A stretch of DNA of 64,000 nucleotides from IMG/VR virus record IMGVR_UViG_3300042387_002391, one strand, 5' to 3'. Shown one piece after another: positions 1-9,357 of this stretch. This stretch comes from a virus. The translations under genes were made by a program, and so were the position numbers. Every line of letters begins with the position of its first letter. The stretch's first letter is position 1. The notes beneath the pieces are model-generated. The model worked only from the letters and a program-made list of their open reading frames with translations. It was not told where the DNA came from and searched no databases.

Positions 1-389
1 TAAAGATTATTATCTTCTTTAGTATATACAAATTGCTCTAAAACTCCTTTTTTGTTTGATTCGCTAACAACTTGTTCTTCGTTATTTGCTTTCATAAAAT
101 GAAGAGTTAGATCGTTAATTTTAAGCGAATTTTTAAAACCAACGTCACCGCAGGTTAGGTATTTTTTTGTTTCCATATTTGTATTTTTTGTAGTATTTTT
201 CCAAGTTATTGTTTTTTCAATTTCTTGCATTAAAGTTTTTTCGTCAATACCTTTCAATCTTTCACCATAACGGGATCTGTCGATATCATATTTTTCACCA
301 TTTTTAACTGCTACGAAGGTTGATTTTCGCCACAAATCACAAAATCTATAATTTGTTTCTTCTTCTTTATTTTCAAATATAATAATCAT
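1..389 (-). CDS. hypothetical protein (partial, runs off window start)
   Basis: ATG at 389 (MIIIFENKEEETNYRF...), open frame to the window edge; not in ORF track. Confidence 0.55.
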   Translation of the reverse strand, partial: MIIIFENKEEETNYRFCDLWRKSTFVAVKNGEKYDIDRSRYGERLKGIDEKTLMQEIEKTITWKNTTKNTNMETKKYLTCGDVGFKNSLKINDLTLHFMKANNEEQVVSESNKKGVLEQFVYTKEDNNL

Positions 390-419
390 AGTTTAATTCT
401 AAAATGTTTTTCGGAAATG

Positions 420-602
420 TCAATCTTTGTAATACATTTTTCTCAAGATATCAAACAAATTCTCTTTGCTTTCTTTTAGCATATCATCAAAGAAACAAAG
501 ATCTATTTCCTCCAATTTAAAATCTGGAAGTCCGATTGTATGGATTCTTTTTCCTCCTTTTTCTTTGAGCGATAATTCTAGAGTATAAGTTTTGTTGTTC
601 AT
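420..602 (-). CDS. hypothetical protein
   Basis: 60 aa ORF in tightly packed minus-strand array. Confidence 0.6.
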   Translation of the reverse strand: MNNKTYTLELSLKEKGGKRIHTIGLPDFKLEEIDLCFFDDMLKESKENLFDILRKMYYKD

Positions 603-880
603 TTTACTCTCAAACTACAAATTTGTTCTAAAGCTGCATCATAAAGCATATTCTTTGCTGCTAGTGCTGACAATGCTTCTTCTTTTTCCTTTTTAAGATC
701 GTTCACGCACTTGCACAACAAATCCGCAATATCTTTAATACCCTGAAAACTACCAACAGAATTTATTTCAACTTCCGGTAAAGTGTTTTTTGTTTTTTCT
801 TTAATGTAAACAAATGTTGAAGCTGCTTCCGCAAGAAGAGCACCAAAATTATTTTTTATTAGTTTTTCGTCGTCATTCAT
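599..880 (-). CDS. hypothetical protein
   Basis: 93 aa ORF, 4-nt overlap with next gene. Confidence 0.65.
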   Translation of the reverse strand: MNDDEKLIKNNFGALLAEAASTFVYIKEKTKNTLPEVEINSVGSFQGIKDIADLLCKCVNDLKKEKEEALSALAAKNMLYDAALEQICSLRVK

Positions 881-883
881 ATT

Positions 884-1102
884 TCAATAAATATCAAATG
901 CGTGTTCTGCTAAAATATCACGTAATTCACTGTCTCTTTCTCTAACATCCATTTTTACAGCCTCTATCCACTTCTTGGGAAGATTAATATCTTTTACGTT
1001 TTCATCAAGCCATAAAATATAATCTGGATCAATATCAGCAATCTCATCAAAAGTTTTGCCTTTATATTTTCCGAAAGTAATTGTGTCTTCTGGTTTATTC
1101 AC
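884..1102 (-). CDS. small FGKYKG-motif protein (DUF3820/ExoX C-terminal-like)
   Basis: ITFGKYKGKTFDEIADIDPDYILWL motif. Confidence 0.7.
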   Translation of the reverse strand: MNKPEDTITFGKYKGKTFDEIADIDPDYILWLDENVKDINLPKKWIEAVKMDVRERDSELRDILAEHAFDIY

Positions 1103-1440
1103 ACGTCTAAGTCTTCTAACTGGATGCTGAGTCTATATTGCAGATCTTTAATATTTTCCACAGACCTATTAATTCTTTGAACGATTGCAGATTCTGGACG
1201 TTCTGATTTTGCTTTAGTGTCAAAGCATTTTTCTTGTACAGGTCTATCACAAGGATTAGAAACCCATTCCAATCTTTTGATTAGATTACTTTGTAGGTCA
1301 GAAAGTTTTTCAATTGCATATTCTAATTCTCCGAGTTGTTCATAAACTGGAATTATTTTTGCAGTTAGCTCCTCTGGATGAGGCTCTGGACAGTTGTTTT
1401 GTCTATCTTCTTTTCTTGCTTCGTAGTTGTATGTTTACAT
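1099..1440 (-). pseudogene. hypothetical gene with nonsense codon at codon 2
   Basis: ATG TAA followed by 111 open codons ending in TGA that overlaps the next GTG start; fills the gap exactly. Confidence 0.6.
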
Positions 1441-1443
1441 AAA

Positions 1444-1725
1444 TTATTCTGGAATTTTCACTTCACCTGTAAGAACATAATGATTGTGAACTTCTCTAGC
1501 AAATTCCATTTTGTTCATTTGATAGTGTAAATGATTAATATAATTTTGTTTATCATCTTCAAAAAAATCGGGATTAAGTTTTAGATCAGCAATCTTATCA
1601 CTAAGCATTGCTTTAATCTTTTCTATTTGTTTGTCAAAGTGTGTTTTCATGTTTTTTGTATATCGCATTGTGCAGAAAAGCAAAAGCATTTTCTGCTCTA
1701 GCTCCCCACTCATATTCTCTACCAT
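1444..1725 (-). CDS. hypothetical protein (true start probably MKTHF)
   Basis: ORF track and gene packing. Confidence 0.55.
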   Translation of the reverse strand: MVENMSGELEQKMLLLFCTMRYTKNMKTHFDKQIEKIKAMLSDKIADLKLNPDFFEDDKQNYINHLHYQMNKMEFAREVHNHYVLTGEVKIPE

Positions 1726-1873
1726 TAGACCAATCCAAGCAATTCAAAATTGCCTCTCGATACATATCTCTTTCTTTTTTTATTTTGGAATAAATTTCAA
1801 ACCAATCAGTAGGTGATAGTTCTTTATATTTAAAATTAGAATCACCAGTAGTATCACTCATAATATTTTTCAT
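1634..1873 (-). CDS. hypothetical protein
   Basis: 79 aa ORF. Confidence 0.6.
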   Translation of the reverse strand: MKNIMSDTTGDSNFKYKELSPTDWFEIYSKIKKERDMYREAILNCLDWSNGREYEWGARAENAFAFLHNAIYKKHENTL

Positions 1874-1877
1874 AATG

Positions 1878-2102
1878 TTAATTCACTTTAATTTTCTGAT
1901 AACCAATTTCTTCAATTACTTCACCGTCTTTGAGCAAACGGTGTTTGTAGTTCTGATTATAATAACTTTTCAACATAGACCAAGCACCTTCTGCAAATGA
2001 TTTTTGCATACAATCATAAGGATATAAAAGTGACCATCGATTATGTTCGGGTGTATCTGGATATTCCCAGAATCTTTCAATTTTGTAAAGGCTTTTTTTC
2101 AT
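1878..2102 (-). CDS. hypothetical protein
   Basis: 74 aa ORF. Confidence 0.65.
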   Translation of the reverse strand: MKKSLYKIERFWEYPDTPEHNRWSLLYPYDCMQKSFAEGAWSMLKSYYNQNYKHRLLKDGEVIEEIGYQKIKVN

Positions 2103-2246
2103 TTTTCTTTCTGAATTTTCTTAACCAATTTCTTCAATCCACGTTCACCAAGTTTCAAAAAATTTGGATGATTTGAAACTTTAGTTGCCAAATCTTTTCC
2201 ACCTTTTAGTTTTTTAAGTTCTCTACTCATTCACATAATACTATTA

Positions 2247-2582
2247 TTATCCGTAGGAAATGTCAAGCCAATTTGTTTCGTCTGGCATTTTTTCTACATT
2301 TACTCCAGCTTCTTTGGATTTTTCTATAATGTTATGTAAAACACCATAACCATATGCAGTGGAACCATAACGTTTTTCGTTACAGGCATAAACAGAACCA
2401 GAATAACCTTCAAACATATAGAAATTTCCTTCTTTTGTAACTTTTGTAATACCGCTATTCAACTTCCATGAATCTCCGTCCAAATATCCACCGTGCCAAC
2501 AAGCAAATACTTTATAGGTCAAAGGATATTCTTTTCCTTCAATTTTAACAACTAACCATTTATCTGGACAATACTCACTCAC
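2247..2582 (-). CDS. conserved phage hypothetical protein
   Basis: PDKWLVVKI...W.GGYLDGDSWKLNSGI...GYSGSVY motif, recalled as common in large phages. Confidence 0.75.
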   Translation of the reverse strand: MSEYCPDKWLVVKIEGKEYPLTYKVFACWHGGYLDGDSWKLNSGITKVTKEGNFYMFEGYSGSVYACNEKRYGSTAYGYGVLHNIIEKSKEAGVNVEKMPDETNWLDISYG

Positions 2583-2881
2583 GATTCAATAATAAATTCA
2601 TCCTCTTTGCATTTATCTGGAGAAAGATATAAAGAAATTGTTTGTTCTTCATCAACCCATGTTCCAAAAAGAACTGGAAATTCTAAATCGTTTAGATTAT
2701 GTTCAAATTTATATTTTGAAGACATTTGAAGATATGTATAAACTTTTGGACCACAGTACAGTACACCAAATCTTTTCTTACTGGACAAAAATTCATCAAT
2801 TTTTTTAATAATTTCGATATGAGTTACTGTAGGATTATCAGCTATTACATCTTCTAGTTTATATGTTGTTTTTGTATTCAT
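2579..2881 (-). CDS. hypothetical protein
   Basis: 100 aa ORF with overlapping start/stop. Confidence 0.65.
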   Translation of the reverse strand: MNTKTTYKLEDVIADNPTVTHIEIIKKIDEFLSSKKRFGVLYCGPKVYTYLQMSSKYKFEHNLNDLEFPVLFGTWVDEEQTISLYLSPDKCKEDEFIIES

Positions 2882-3000
2882 TGTTTATTAAAAAGAGTTC
2901 TCACTAAATCACAAAGGTAAGCAAGTGGAGCAGTTATTAAAATTAAAGTTCCAATCCAAATCCAAAAAGAGGAAAATATAAATTGTAGTATTTGTAGCAT
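2878..3000 (-). CDS. small membrane protein (40 aa)
   Basis: MLQILQFIFSSFWIWIGTLILITAPLAYLCDLVRTLFNKQ, ATGA overlap with next gene. Confidence 0.55.
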   Translation of the reverse strand: MLQILQFIFSSFWIWIGTLILITAPLAYLCDLVRTLFNKQ

Positions 3001-3005
3001 AATTT

Positions 3006-3395
3006 TTATTTTTTAATCATTTCTGCTGCTTTTTCTACCAGATAAACTTTTGGAGCTACTTTAATTTGAATCACATCTTTAACACTACAAAAAAGATTTA
3101 CAACTAAAAATACAACAATAGGAAAAATAAAAACTAGAATTATAATCATCAACGGGTTTTCATCTTCAAAAGATTCAACAAGATTCTTTTTAAATTTAAT
3201 AAAAAGACCAAAAGTTATTACTAATAAAATTAAAATTCCTACAATGTTAATTAGTCCATTATAAAAATTCCAAATCAAAAATTCTTGAATAAACAAAGGA
3301 ACTTCTGCATTTGCCCAATTTGTTACATTACTTGCTTGATCAATTATCCAGTTTTGTATATTTTGATTCATAATTTTAATTTTCAATAATATCAA
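3006..3395 (-). CDS. membrane protein (2 TM)
   Basis: two hydrophobic stretches; likely start MNQNIQ. Confidence 0.7.
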   Translation of the reverse strand: MILLKIKIMNQNIQNWIIDQASNVTNWANAEVPLFIQEFLIWNFYNGLINIVGILILLVITFGLFIKFKKNLVESFEDENPLMIIILVFIFPIVVFLVVNLFCSVKDVIQIKVAPKVYLVEKAAEMIKK

Positions 3396-3609
3396 ACCAA
3401 GTTAGTTCTACTTCTTCGTTTGTTTCTTCTAGTATAACTCCAGTTGAAGAAGAAGCAACACTAATTTTCTTTACTGTATAAACTTGTCCAGATACTAGCT
3501 TCTTTGCGTTCTCAATTCTATTTGTAAACCAATGCATGGTAGATTCTCTAAACATAATTTTGTCTCCAACTTTGGTGTTTAGATATGTTGCGTATTTTCT
3601 AGGTATCAT
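3376..3609 (-). CDS. hypothetical protein
   Basis: 77 aa ORF. Confidence 0.65.
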   Translation of the reverse strand: MIPRKYATYLNTKVGDKIMFRESTMHWFTNRIENAKKLVSGQVYTVKKISVASSSTGVILEETNEEVELTWFDIIEN

Positions 3610-4121
3610 TCTAAAATATGTCCTCTAAATGTGTATTTTATTTCTGGAGTTCCAAACAACGGTCTTTTTGGGATTATAGTGTACATCCCATTATCAGCAG
3701 TCCCGACCATATGAGCTTTAATAGAGACAACAATCATATACAGTAGATATTTTTTATCTTTTAAAAAGTCTTTCATTTCTTGCAATGAATTAAAAATAAT
3801 AAATGTGGCAGCTTCTACTTTAGTTTTATATGTAAAGACAGGTGCTGTGATATAACCCGAAGCATTGTTAATAATTTCACAATCAAAATTATAATGATAA
3901 TTGCTTTGATTGCAAAGATCTTCAACCCTGTCTGGATTAGGTCCAGTTCCCTTTGTGTTTTTGTTTTCAATATCAATCTCTTTTATGATCTGTAACCATT
4001 CAGTTGCATCTGTTATGCAATTCAAATCGTTCTTATCAACCTCATCTTGAACCATGCTAGATTCAATTTCTTCTAGTTCTTTTGTTACTATACCTGTTAG
4101 TGTTTCTATTTCCGTATTCAT
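3606..4121 (-). CDS. hypothetical protein
   Basis: 171 aa ORF. Confidence 0.7.
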   Translation of the reverse strand: MNTEIETLTGIVTKELEEIESSMVQDEVDKNDLNCITDATEWLQIIKEIDIENKNTKGTGPNPDRVEDLCNQSNYHYNFDCEIINNASGYITAPVFTYKTKVEAATFIIFNSLQEMKDFLKDKKYLLYMIVVSIKAHMVGTADNGMYTIIPKRPLFGTPEIKYTFRGHILE

Positions 4122-4125
4122 TTGT

Positions 4126-4398
4126 TCATTTTTTTAATTGTGCTATTTCTTCTTTGAGTTTTTTGTTCTCAAGAATAAGATCTGTAATGACATCATGTTG
4201 AGCTATAACAACGGGATTTTTAGTATGTTTTTTTAGCACACCTCTTTTCACATAGAAATCCAAAGTTTCTTCTGAATATTCATTAATCAAATGCCCTTTG
4301 TCTTTAAACTTTTTCATCTCTTGCAAATAGAATGTTTCGTTTTCATGATTATAAACAAACAATTCTCCATCATCAATTCTTTCGTAAAATATATTCAT
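4126..4398 (-). CDS. hypothetical protein
   Basis: 90 aa ORF. Confidence 0.65.
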   Translation of the reverse strand: MNIFYERIDDGELFVYNHENETFYLQEMKKFKDKGHLINEYSEETLDFYVKRGVLKKHTKNPVVIAQHDVITDLILENKKLKEEIAQLKK

Positions 4399-4718
4399 TT
4401 AGAATAAAAAATAATTAAAATTAAAATAAAAACAATCGCAACAGACAGAATAATTGAAGTATCGATTAAATGTCTCAGAAATTTATTAGTAGCTTTTTTA
4501 AATTCTTGTAGCTCTTTTTGTAGTTTTTCTATTCGTTCCTCTGCAATTGCTTTGTTTCCGTATATTTCAGCCGAAATATAATGTAGTTCAGACTGCAATG
4601 CCTTCACACATACATCAGCATCTTCCTTCAATTTGAAAACTGTTTCTTTATTTGTGTGTATTTCAGCTTGCATTACATTTAGATCTTTGCTTGTATCGTT
4701 TGCTAATAATTGCTTATA
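4395..4718 (-). pseudogene. 3' part of membrane-anchored coiled-coil gene interrupted by the TnpB element
   Basis: frame of ORF 4395..4673 extends upstream (YKQLLANDTSKDLNVMQAEIH) to TATAA at 4714-4718 and joins in frame with 6276..6371. Confidence 0.5.
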
Positions 4719-6278
4719 ACATATAAAAATATACCTAATGTATAATTTTAGTCAAGCTTTTTTCGTTTGGAGGGATTACTTGCTCCTCCATGATCACTTC
4801 GTTTTCAGTCCAGTAAAATCCTGTCCTGTTAATTTGTTGATCAAACACCCATAACGGGACCTCACAGAGGCAGAGTCTTAGATTGGCAGCAGCATTCATG
4901 TCTGCATCGGCTGTGTGACCACAGCTCCTACAGAGGAATGTCTTTCCTTTTCTATTCTTCTTGTTAACATAACCGCAACTACTACATCTCTGAGAACGAA
5001 ACTTATTAGGAACTTCAGTGAATGTAAAACCTTCACTTTCACTGAGTCTTTCTAGCTTCTCTTTTATCAGAGTGTATTTCCATCTCTTCAAATAATTTGA
5101 AGTATTCTTTCCTTTTCTTATTTGAAAAATCTTTTCTAGTCTTACTTCCTTTACGTTGTTAAAAGTAAGTTCATTTAAGCACCAGTTAACATAGTTCTTT
5201 CGTTCAGCTTGTGCTCTCTTATACCCTTTAGAATCTGGCTTTCTTCTACTGAGCGTCTTCTGAATGTCCGTTAAGTCTTTTCCGTGCTTGTTCTTTTTGG
5301 TGAATTGACCATCAGACATTGAAAGGCAAGTCGTGACGCCTTGATCACATCCGACTACTTCTCCTTCTGTTTTAACGGAGCATTCAATTTCCCATATCAA
5401 ATCCGCTTCCTTGTTGCTCAGAAGAGCTATTGCACTAATCTTTCTCTTGGCACCTTTCTTTAAAAGCTTCTTTGAGTGCTTATGATAATTTAAAGGAACT
5501 GTTAGAGTTCCATGATCTCCTGCTAAAGAAAGTCTTATGAACTCATCAAAAGAGAAGCTCTTGTTGTTTTTGTTCTGTTTAAAAACCTTTACTACGTCTG
5601 GTCTTGAAATTGTTATTTTAAAATCTTTAGGAAGAGAAGGCTTGACTAAGGAGTTCTTATTAACTTTGCTTTGCAGGATCTTTATGCTCTGTTGCTCTTT
5701 GGAAGAAGCTTCTCCTCTACTTAGTTTCTTTTGCAGCTTCTTTAGTTGATACACTCTTTTAGAGTGCTTTGTTGTAGCTCCTTTCAAGATTCCGAGAGCC
5801 TGAAGACCTGCCGTTTGTCTCAGCATTCCTCCTAAAGAGGTTTGAAATGTTTCTAAAAAAGTGCTGTCGAAAAACTTTGGTGCCTCTAAAGAGCCTTTAG
5901 AAGGATAATAATCAGCATATCCTCGATCCCAAACATGATCTATCAATTTAGAAACCAAATTTTTGTATTCAGAAATAAAGAGGTTCAGAGAGTCTTGTTT
6001 TCCTTTGTTTGGAAAGATCTTATGACGAGAAGTTCTATAAGAGACCTTGGTCTTCTGATCTAGCTCTTTTTCAGAGTTTATTTCTAAAATGTATTCCATA
6101 AGTAATTTTTAGAGAGGACAGCTAGGTTTTATTCCAGCTTAGTTTCTTTAAAGTTGACGCTTTAAAGATCACTCTCTATATTTTACTTATCTAAAATGAT
6201 CAAATTTTTCTTCTGTTTACAGAAAATATTTTTGCACTAAGATATTGTTACAGGACTTTAATATAATGAACTATTATA
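4719..6278 (-). mobile_element. TnpB-only IS200/IS605-family element (IS1341-like), about 1560 bp
   Basis: tnpB with no tnpA; bounded by TATAA direct copies (minus strand) at 6274-6278 and 4714-4718; removal restores an ORF. Confidence 0.6.
4735..6099 (-). CDS. tnpB: RNA-guided endonuclease TnpB
   Basis: RuvC-I GCDQG, RuvC-II RLEKI, Zn ribbon CSSC..CRSC, RuvC-III DADMNAAANL; catalytic D/E/D present. Confidence 0.92.
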   Translation of the reverse strand: MEYILEINSEKELDQKTKVSYRTSRHKIFPNKGKQDSLNLFISEYKNLVSKLIDHVWDRGYADYYPSKGSLEAPKFFDSTFLETFQTSLGGMLRQTAGLQALGILKGATTKHSKRVYQLKKLQKKLSRGEASSKEQQSIKILQSKVNKNSLVKPSLPKDFKITISRPDVVKVFKQNKNNKSFSFDEFIRLSLAGDHGTLTVPLNYHKHSKKLLKKGAKRKISAIALLSNKEADLIWEIECSVKTEGEVVGCDQGVTTCLSMSDGQFTKKNKHGKDLTDIQKTLSRRKPDSKGYKRAQAERKNYVNWCLNELTFNNVKEVRLEKIFQIRKGKNTSNYLKRWKYTLIKEKLERLSESEGFTFTEVPNKFRSQRCSSCGYVNKKNRKGKTFLCRSCGHTADADMNAAANLRLCLCEVPLWVFDQQINRTGFYWTENEVIMEEQVIPPNEKSLTKIIH

Positions 6279-6371
6279 CCACATATATTCAAAATGATGA
6301 AAGTTAAACTTTCTGAGAGTTTCTTGAAGCTTCTCCGCTCTTTTAAAGTATTTTATTGTATTAGCATTCAT
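6276..6371 (-). pseudogene. 5' part of gene interrupted by the TnpB element
   Basis: MNANTIKYFKRAEKLQETLRKFNFHHFEYMWY, terminates shortly inside the element. Confidence 0.5.
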
Positions 6372-6381
6372 ATTTAAAGTT

Positions 6382-6849
6382 TTAAGACATTCTGCTATAA
6401 GTTTTAATGTCTACTGCATTGTTTTTATATTCGTAGCAATGTTGATAACCAAAAGCTCCATTATAAATTCTTTTTATCTTACCATCATCATATTTTTCCA
6501 CTTGCAAAATTGTAAATGTTTTAAAAGCATCATCCCAAGAAACTTTTTGCTTAATAAACATCCCAATACTTTTAAACATAGTATGCCCAAATCTAATAAT
6601 TAAAGCATCATCAACATCGATTTTATAAAAATTTAATAGCCTACCATCTTGAGAATAAAGTGTTTTATTAGGCCATCCCAACGCATGATCTAAATTGTTA
6701 TAAATTTCATACAAATCATCTTTTATGACATCAAGGAAGTTTTTATTATCCAATTTTGATTTATCGATAAGAATTTTTTGTCCTTCATTATATTCATCAT
6801 AAGATAAAAACCAACAATTTTTAGTATCAATTTTATCTATGTTTCTCAT
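6382..6849 (-). CDS. hypothetical protein
   Basis: 155 aa ORF. Confidence 0.7.
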   Translation of the reverse strand: MRNIDKIDTKNCWFLSYDEYNEGQKILIDKSKLDNKNFLDVIKDDLYEIYNNLDHALGWPNKTLYSQDGRLLNFYKIDVDDALIIRFGHTMFKSIGMFIKQKVSWDDAFKTFTILQVEKYDDGKIKRIYNGAFGYQHCYEYKNNAVDIKTYSRMS

Positions 6850-7181
6850 ACTTTTTCTTCAAACTCATATTCTTTTGTTTCTAACCTGTCCTCCAACCAA
6901 GCCTTCAATGCCCAATGATAATATGTGTAATTTGGATCTCCTTCATAATGAAAGAAAGCATGACCAAGATCAAAAATTACTTCTCTATAAATTTTTTCTT
7001 TCAATCTTTTTAAATGTTTACAAGTAAAACTTCTTAAACTAATTGAAGACTCCATGCCAAAGTCCCAAACAAAATGCACTGCTCCCGTTACTCTGTCGAC
7101 ATAATAAACATCAAAGTAGATAGGTTCTTTGCAAGTGAAATGACCTAGTTCTTGAAATGTTTCTGGAAGATAGAGTTTCAT
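6846..7181 (-). CDS. hypothetical protein
   Basis: 111 aa ORF. Confidence 0.7.
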   Translation of the reverse strand: MKLYLPETFQELGHFTCKEPIYFDVYYVDRVTGAVHFVWDFGMESSISLRSFTCKHLKRLKEKIYREVIFDLGHAFFHYEGDPNYTYYHWALKAWLEDRLETKEYEFEEKV

Positions 7182-7540
7182 AATAATTCTGGATTAGCAA
7201 ACTTGTTACCAATTACCTTAACTTCACAATATTCGTTCAAGTGTGGCAACCAAAAAAAGCTAAGAGTTCCTTCATGTTTAATAAATTTTGCCAAATATGC
7301 TCCTTCAACAAATTGAATCTCTGCTCTGTGTAATCCTTCTCTATCTTTTCTTTTTAATTCAATTATATCGCCTTCCCATATTTCATTTCCAAAATCATCC
7401 TTTAATCCTGTATATTGAGAAGGAATTAAAATCCTCCATTCTCTTTCATCAAACAATTCATCTACATAGCCGTTATATTTGTATTGTTCTACAAATGATT
7501 TTCCCTGTGGACTCCAGAAACGAAACTTGATGCTTCTCAT
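7178..7540 (-). CDS. YopX family protein
   Basis: MRSIKFRFW...QYTGLKDDFGNEIWEGDII...VIGNKFANPELL. Confidence 0.9.
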   Translation of the reverse strand: MRSIKFRFWSPQGKSFVEQYKYNGYVDELFDEREWRILIPSQYTGLKDDFGNEIWEGDIIELKRKDREGLHRAEIQFVEGAYLAKFIKHEGTLSFFWLPHLNEYCEVKVIGNKFANPELL

Positions 7541-7722
7541 CTTGTTTTTAAGATTTCTTTGACTTGCTCTGGAGTCCAACCTTTTTGAATTGCTTCTTTA
7601 ATTAGATTGGCTTTGATTTCTGTTTCTTTCACATCAGTGTACGCCAAACAGCCCATAAGGACCAAACTAAGAGCAATGAAAGAAATACAAGCTGCAATGA
7701 ATGGATCAATTTGTGTTTTCAT
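7537..7722 (-). CDS. small membrane protein
   Basis: N-terminal hydrophobic segment. Confidence 0.65.
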   Translation of the reverse strand: MKTQIDPFIAACISFIALSLVLMGCLAYTDVKETEIKANLIKEAIQKGWTPEQVKEILKTR

Positions 7723-8000
7723 GATTCAATTGTATATGTTGTTTTTAATTTTACAACTTCAAACTCTAAAAAATTTTCATTGCCGTAGTTTGGCATACCA
7801 TTAAAAATACTGCATCTCAAAAATGTTTCCAAATAACCTTTTGTTCTTGATATAGTGCAATGTTTAAAATCTACCAAAGTTATAACAGTTACTGTTAACT
7901 CCAACTCATCATTTTCAAATTCAATCCATTTCTTCGTAGGTTTATGACGAAGAGCATAACGAATCTCTTCAAATATTTCTTTGTCTTCTTTCATAAACAA
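7719..8000 (-). CDS. hypothetical protein
   Basis: 93 aa ORF. Confidence 0.65.
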   Translation of the reverse strand: MFMKEDKEIFEEIRYALRHKPTKKWIEFENDELELTVTVITLVDFKHCTISRTKGYLETFLRCSIFNGMPNYGNENFLEFEVVKLKTTYTIES

Positions 8001-8003
8001 TTG

Positions 8004-8282
8004 TCAGTCTTTGATGATGAGATTTTTGTCATTCTCGATTTTCCAGCCCCACTTTACATCAAACCAAGCATGCTCCTTCTCCATCATTTGCTTGGTAAAT
8101 TTGAGATCCTTTCGACCTTCTGCTACAAACCATTTCTTGAACTCTTCGGATTGTTCTTCAGTCCAAGTTTTCAGACTGTACCAATTTTCTTGATCTGCAA
8201 AATCTCCATCAAATTTTTCAAAGCCAACCATCTGAAACATTTTGTCTAGTGCTTTTCTCAGGAATTTGTCATAGTTTTTCAT
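8004..8282 (-). CDS. hypothetical protein
   Basis: 92 aa ORF downstream of sigma70-like promoter. Confidence 0.7.
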   Translation of the reverse strand: MKNYDKFLRKALDKMFQMVGFEKFDGDFADQENWYSLKTWTEEQSEEFKKWFVAEGRKDLKFTKQMMEKEHAWFDVKWGWKIENDKNLIIKD

Positions 8283-8288
8283 AAGTTA

Positions 8289-8316
8289 ATTCTAAAAGAT
8301 TTTTAATAATTGTCAA
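8289..8316 (-). promoter_or_regulatory. sigma70-like promoter
   Basis: TTGACA-N16-TAGAAT, 6 nt upstream of ATG 8282. Confidence 0.6.
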
Positions 8317-8332
8317 ACAGTTTGTTTTGATA

Positions 8333-8779
8333 TCAATAAATATCTTGCTCAAGCCATTCTTTAAGTTCTTCTGGTCCGCCTTTGCTAACCCATTCATCAT
8401 ATGACATCCATTTTAATTGAAAATGTTCAGGATTGCGATTCATTCCTTTTTCGTCTTCATACTTTTCAATGTATTTTTTGAGAAGAGGATCGTCGTGCCC
8501 TTCGAAGTCGACGTACAGAAGGCCGGTCCAACCACAAATCATGCTCATCGAGCCCATTTCGTCGTAAAATATATTATTTTCTCGAAACCAACGAATTTGT
8601 TCAAAATCGACTTCTCCATAACATGAATCATATTCATGCTTTTTAGAATTGATGTCTAAAAGAAATATATCTCTCTTCTTTTCATCAAAATATTGGTGAC
8701 TAATTTTAACTAATTTTGGCATTTTATTTTTCTCCTTCCTCTTCATCGTATTGGAAATCTGCTTCGCAGTTAATTCCAA
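8333..8779 (-). CDS. hypothetical protein (likely start MPKLVK)
   Basis: ORF track. Confidence 0.65.
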   Translation of the reverse strand: MELTAKQISNTMKRKEKNKMPKLVKISHQYFDEKKRDIFLLDINSKKHEYDSCYGEVDFEQIRWFRENNIFYDEMGSMSMICGWTGLLYVDFEGHDDPLLKKYIEKYEDEKGMNRNPEHFQLKWMSYDEWVSKGGPEELKEWLEQDIY

Positions 8780-8966
8780 AGTGTTTCAAAATATCTTCAA
8801 TAACAGTCAGATCACAAAAAGCATCAGTGCCGTCTGTTACTTTTTTGCCGTCTACAAAATAATCATAACCAGTCTCGTAACAACATCCATCACCACATTC
8901 ATAAGTGTAGTGCTTAGCAGTTAGTTTATGAACTTTATCTTTGTTTGTTTTCATCAAATTTTCCAA
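8724..8966 (-). CDS. hypothetical protein with CGDGCC motif
   Basis: YECGDGCCYETG. Confidence 0.7.
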   Translation of the reverse strand: MENLMKTNKDKVHKLTAKHYTYECGDGCCYETGYDYFVDGKKVTDGTDAFCDLTVIEDILKHFGINCEADFQYDEEEGEK

Positions 8967-9223
8967 GTCATTTTTTCCACTGTGTCATAACACGAGCTAC
9001 AAGGTTCTGGATCGCTCTCACAATCATCATATTGAAAAAGTTGCACAACATCCTGAAAAGATATTGCGTTGCCTCTGATTCCTTCTTTAATCTTGACAAA
9101 CAAGTAATCTAGAATTTCTTCTTGTTTTTCTGTAGAAATGTCAGAAAAAGGCTGATCATTAACATAAAAATTAAATGCAGTGCAGCCAGTTACTTCTTCA
9201 AATTTGTATTTAAAATTTTCCAT
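8954..9223 (-). CDS. hypothetical protein with C-terminal CxxC
   Basis: PCSSCYD. Confidence 0.7.
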   Translation of the reverse strand: MENFKYKFEEVTGCTAFNFYVNDQPFSDISTEKQEEILDYLFVKIKEGIRGNAISFQDVVQLFQYDDCESDPEPCSSCYDTVEKMTWKI

Positions 9224-9357
9224 GCTTTTCTTGTATTTCTTTTTCTACAATTTGTTCTAATTCTTCCATGTCTAATTTGCTTTGTTTGTTGATGAAGTAG
9301 CTAAAAACAAAAGCTGATAATACTAATGCAAGAATAACTAAAAAGAACAAGATTTTT

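Noticed and set aside
4719-6278. IStron (group I intron-TnpB hybrid)
   Set aside because: About 180 nt upstream and about 15 nt downstream of tnpB, with no recognisable group I core.
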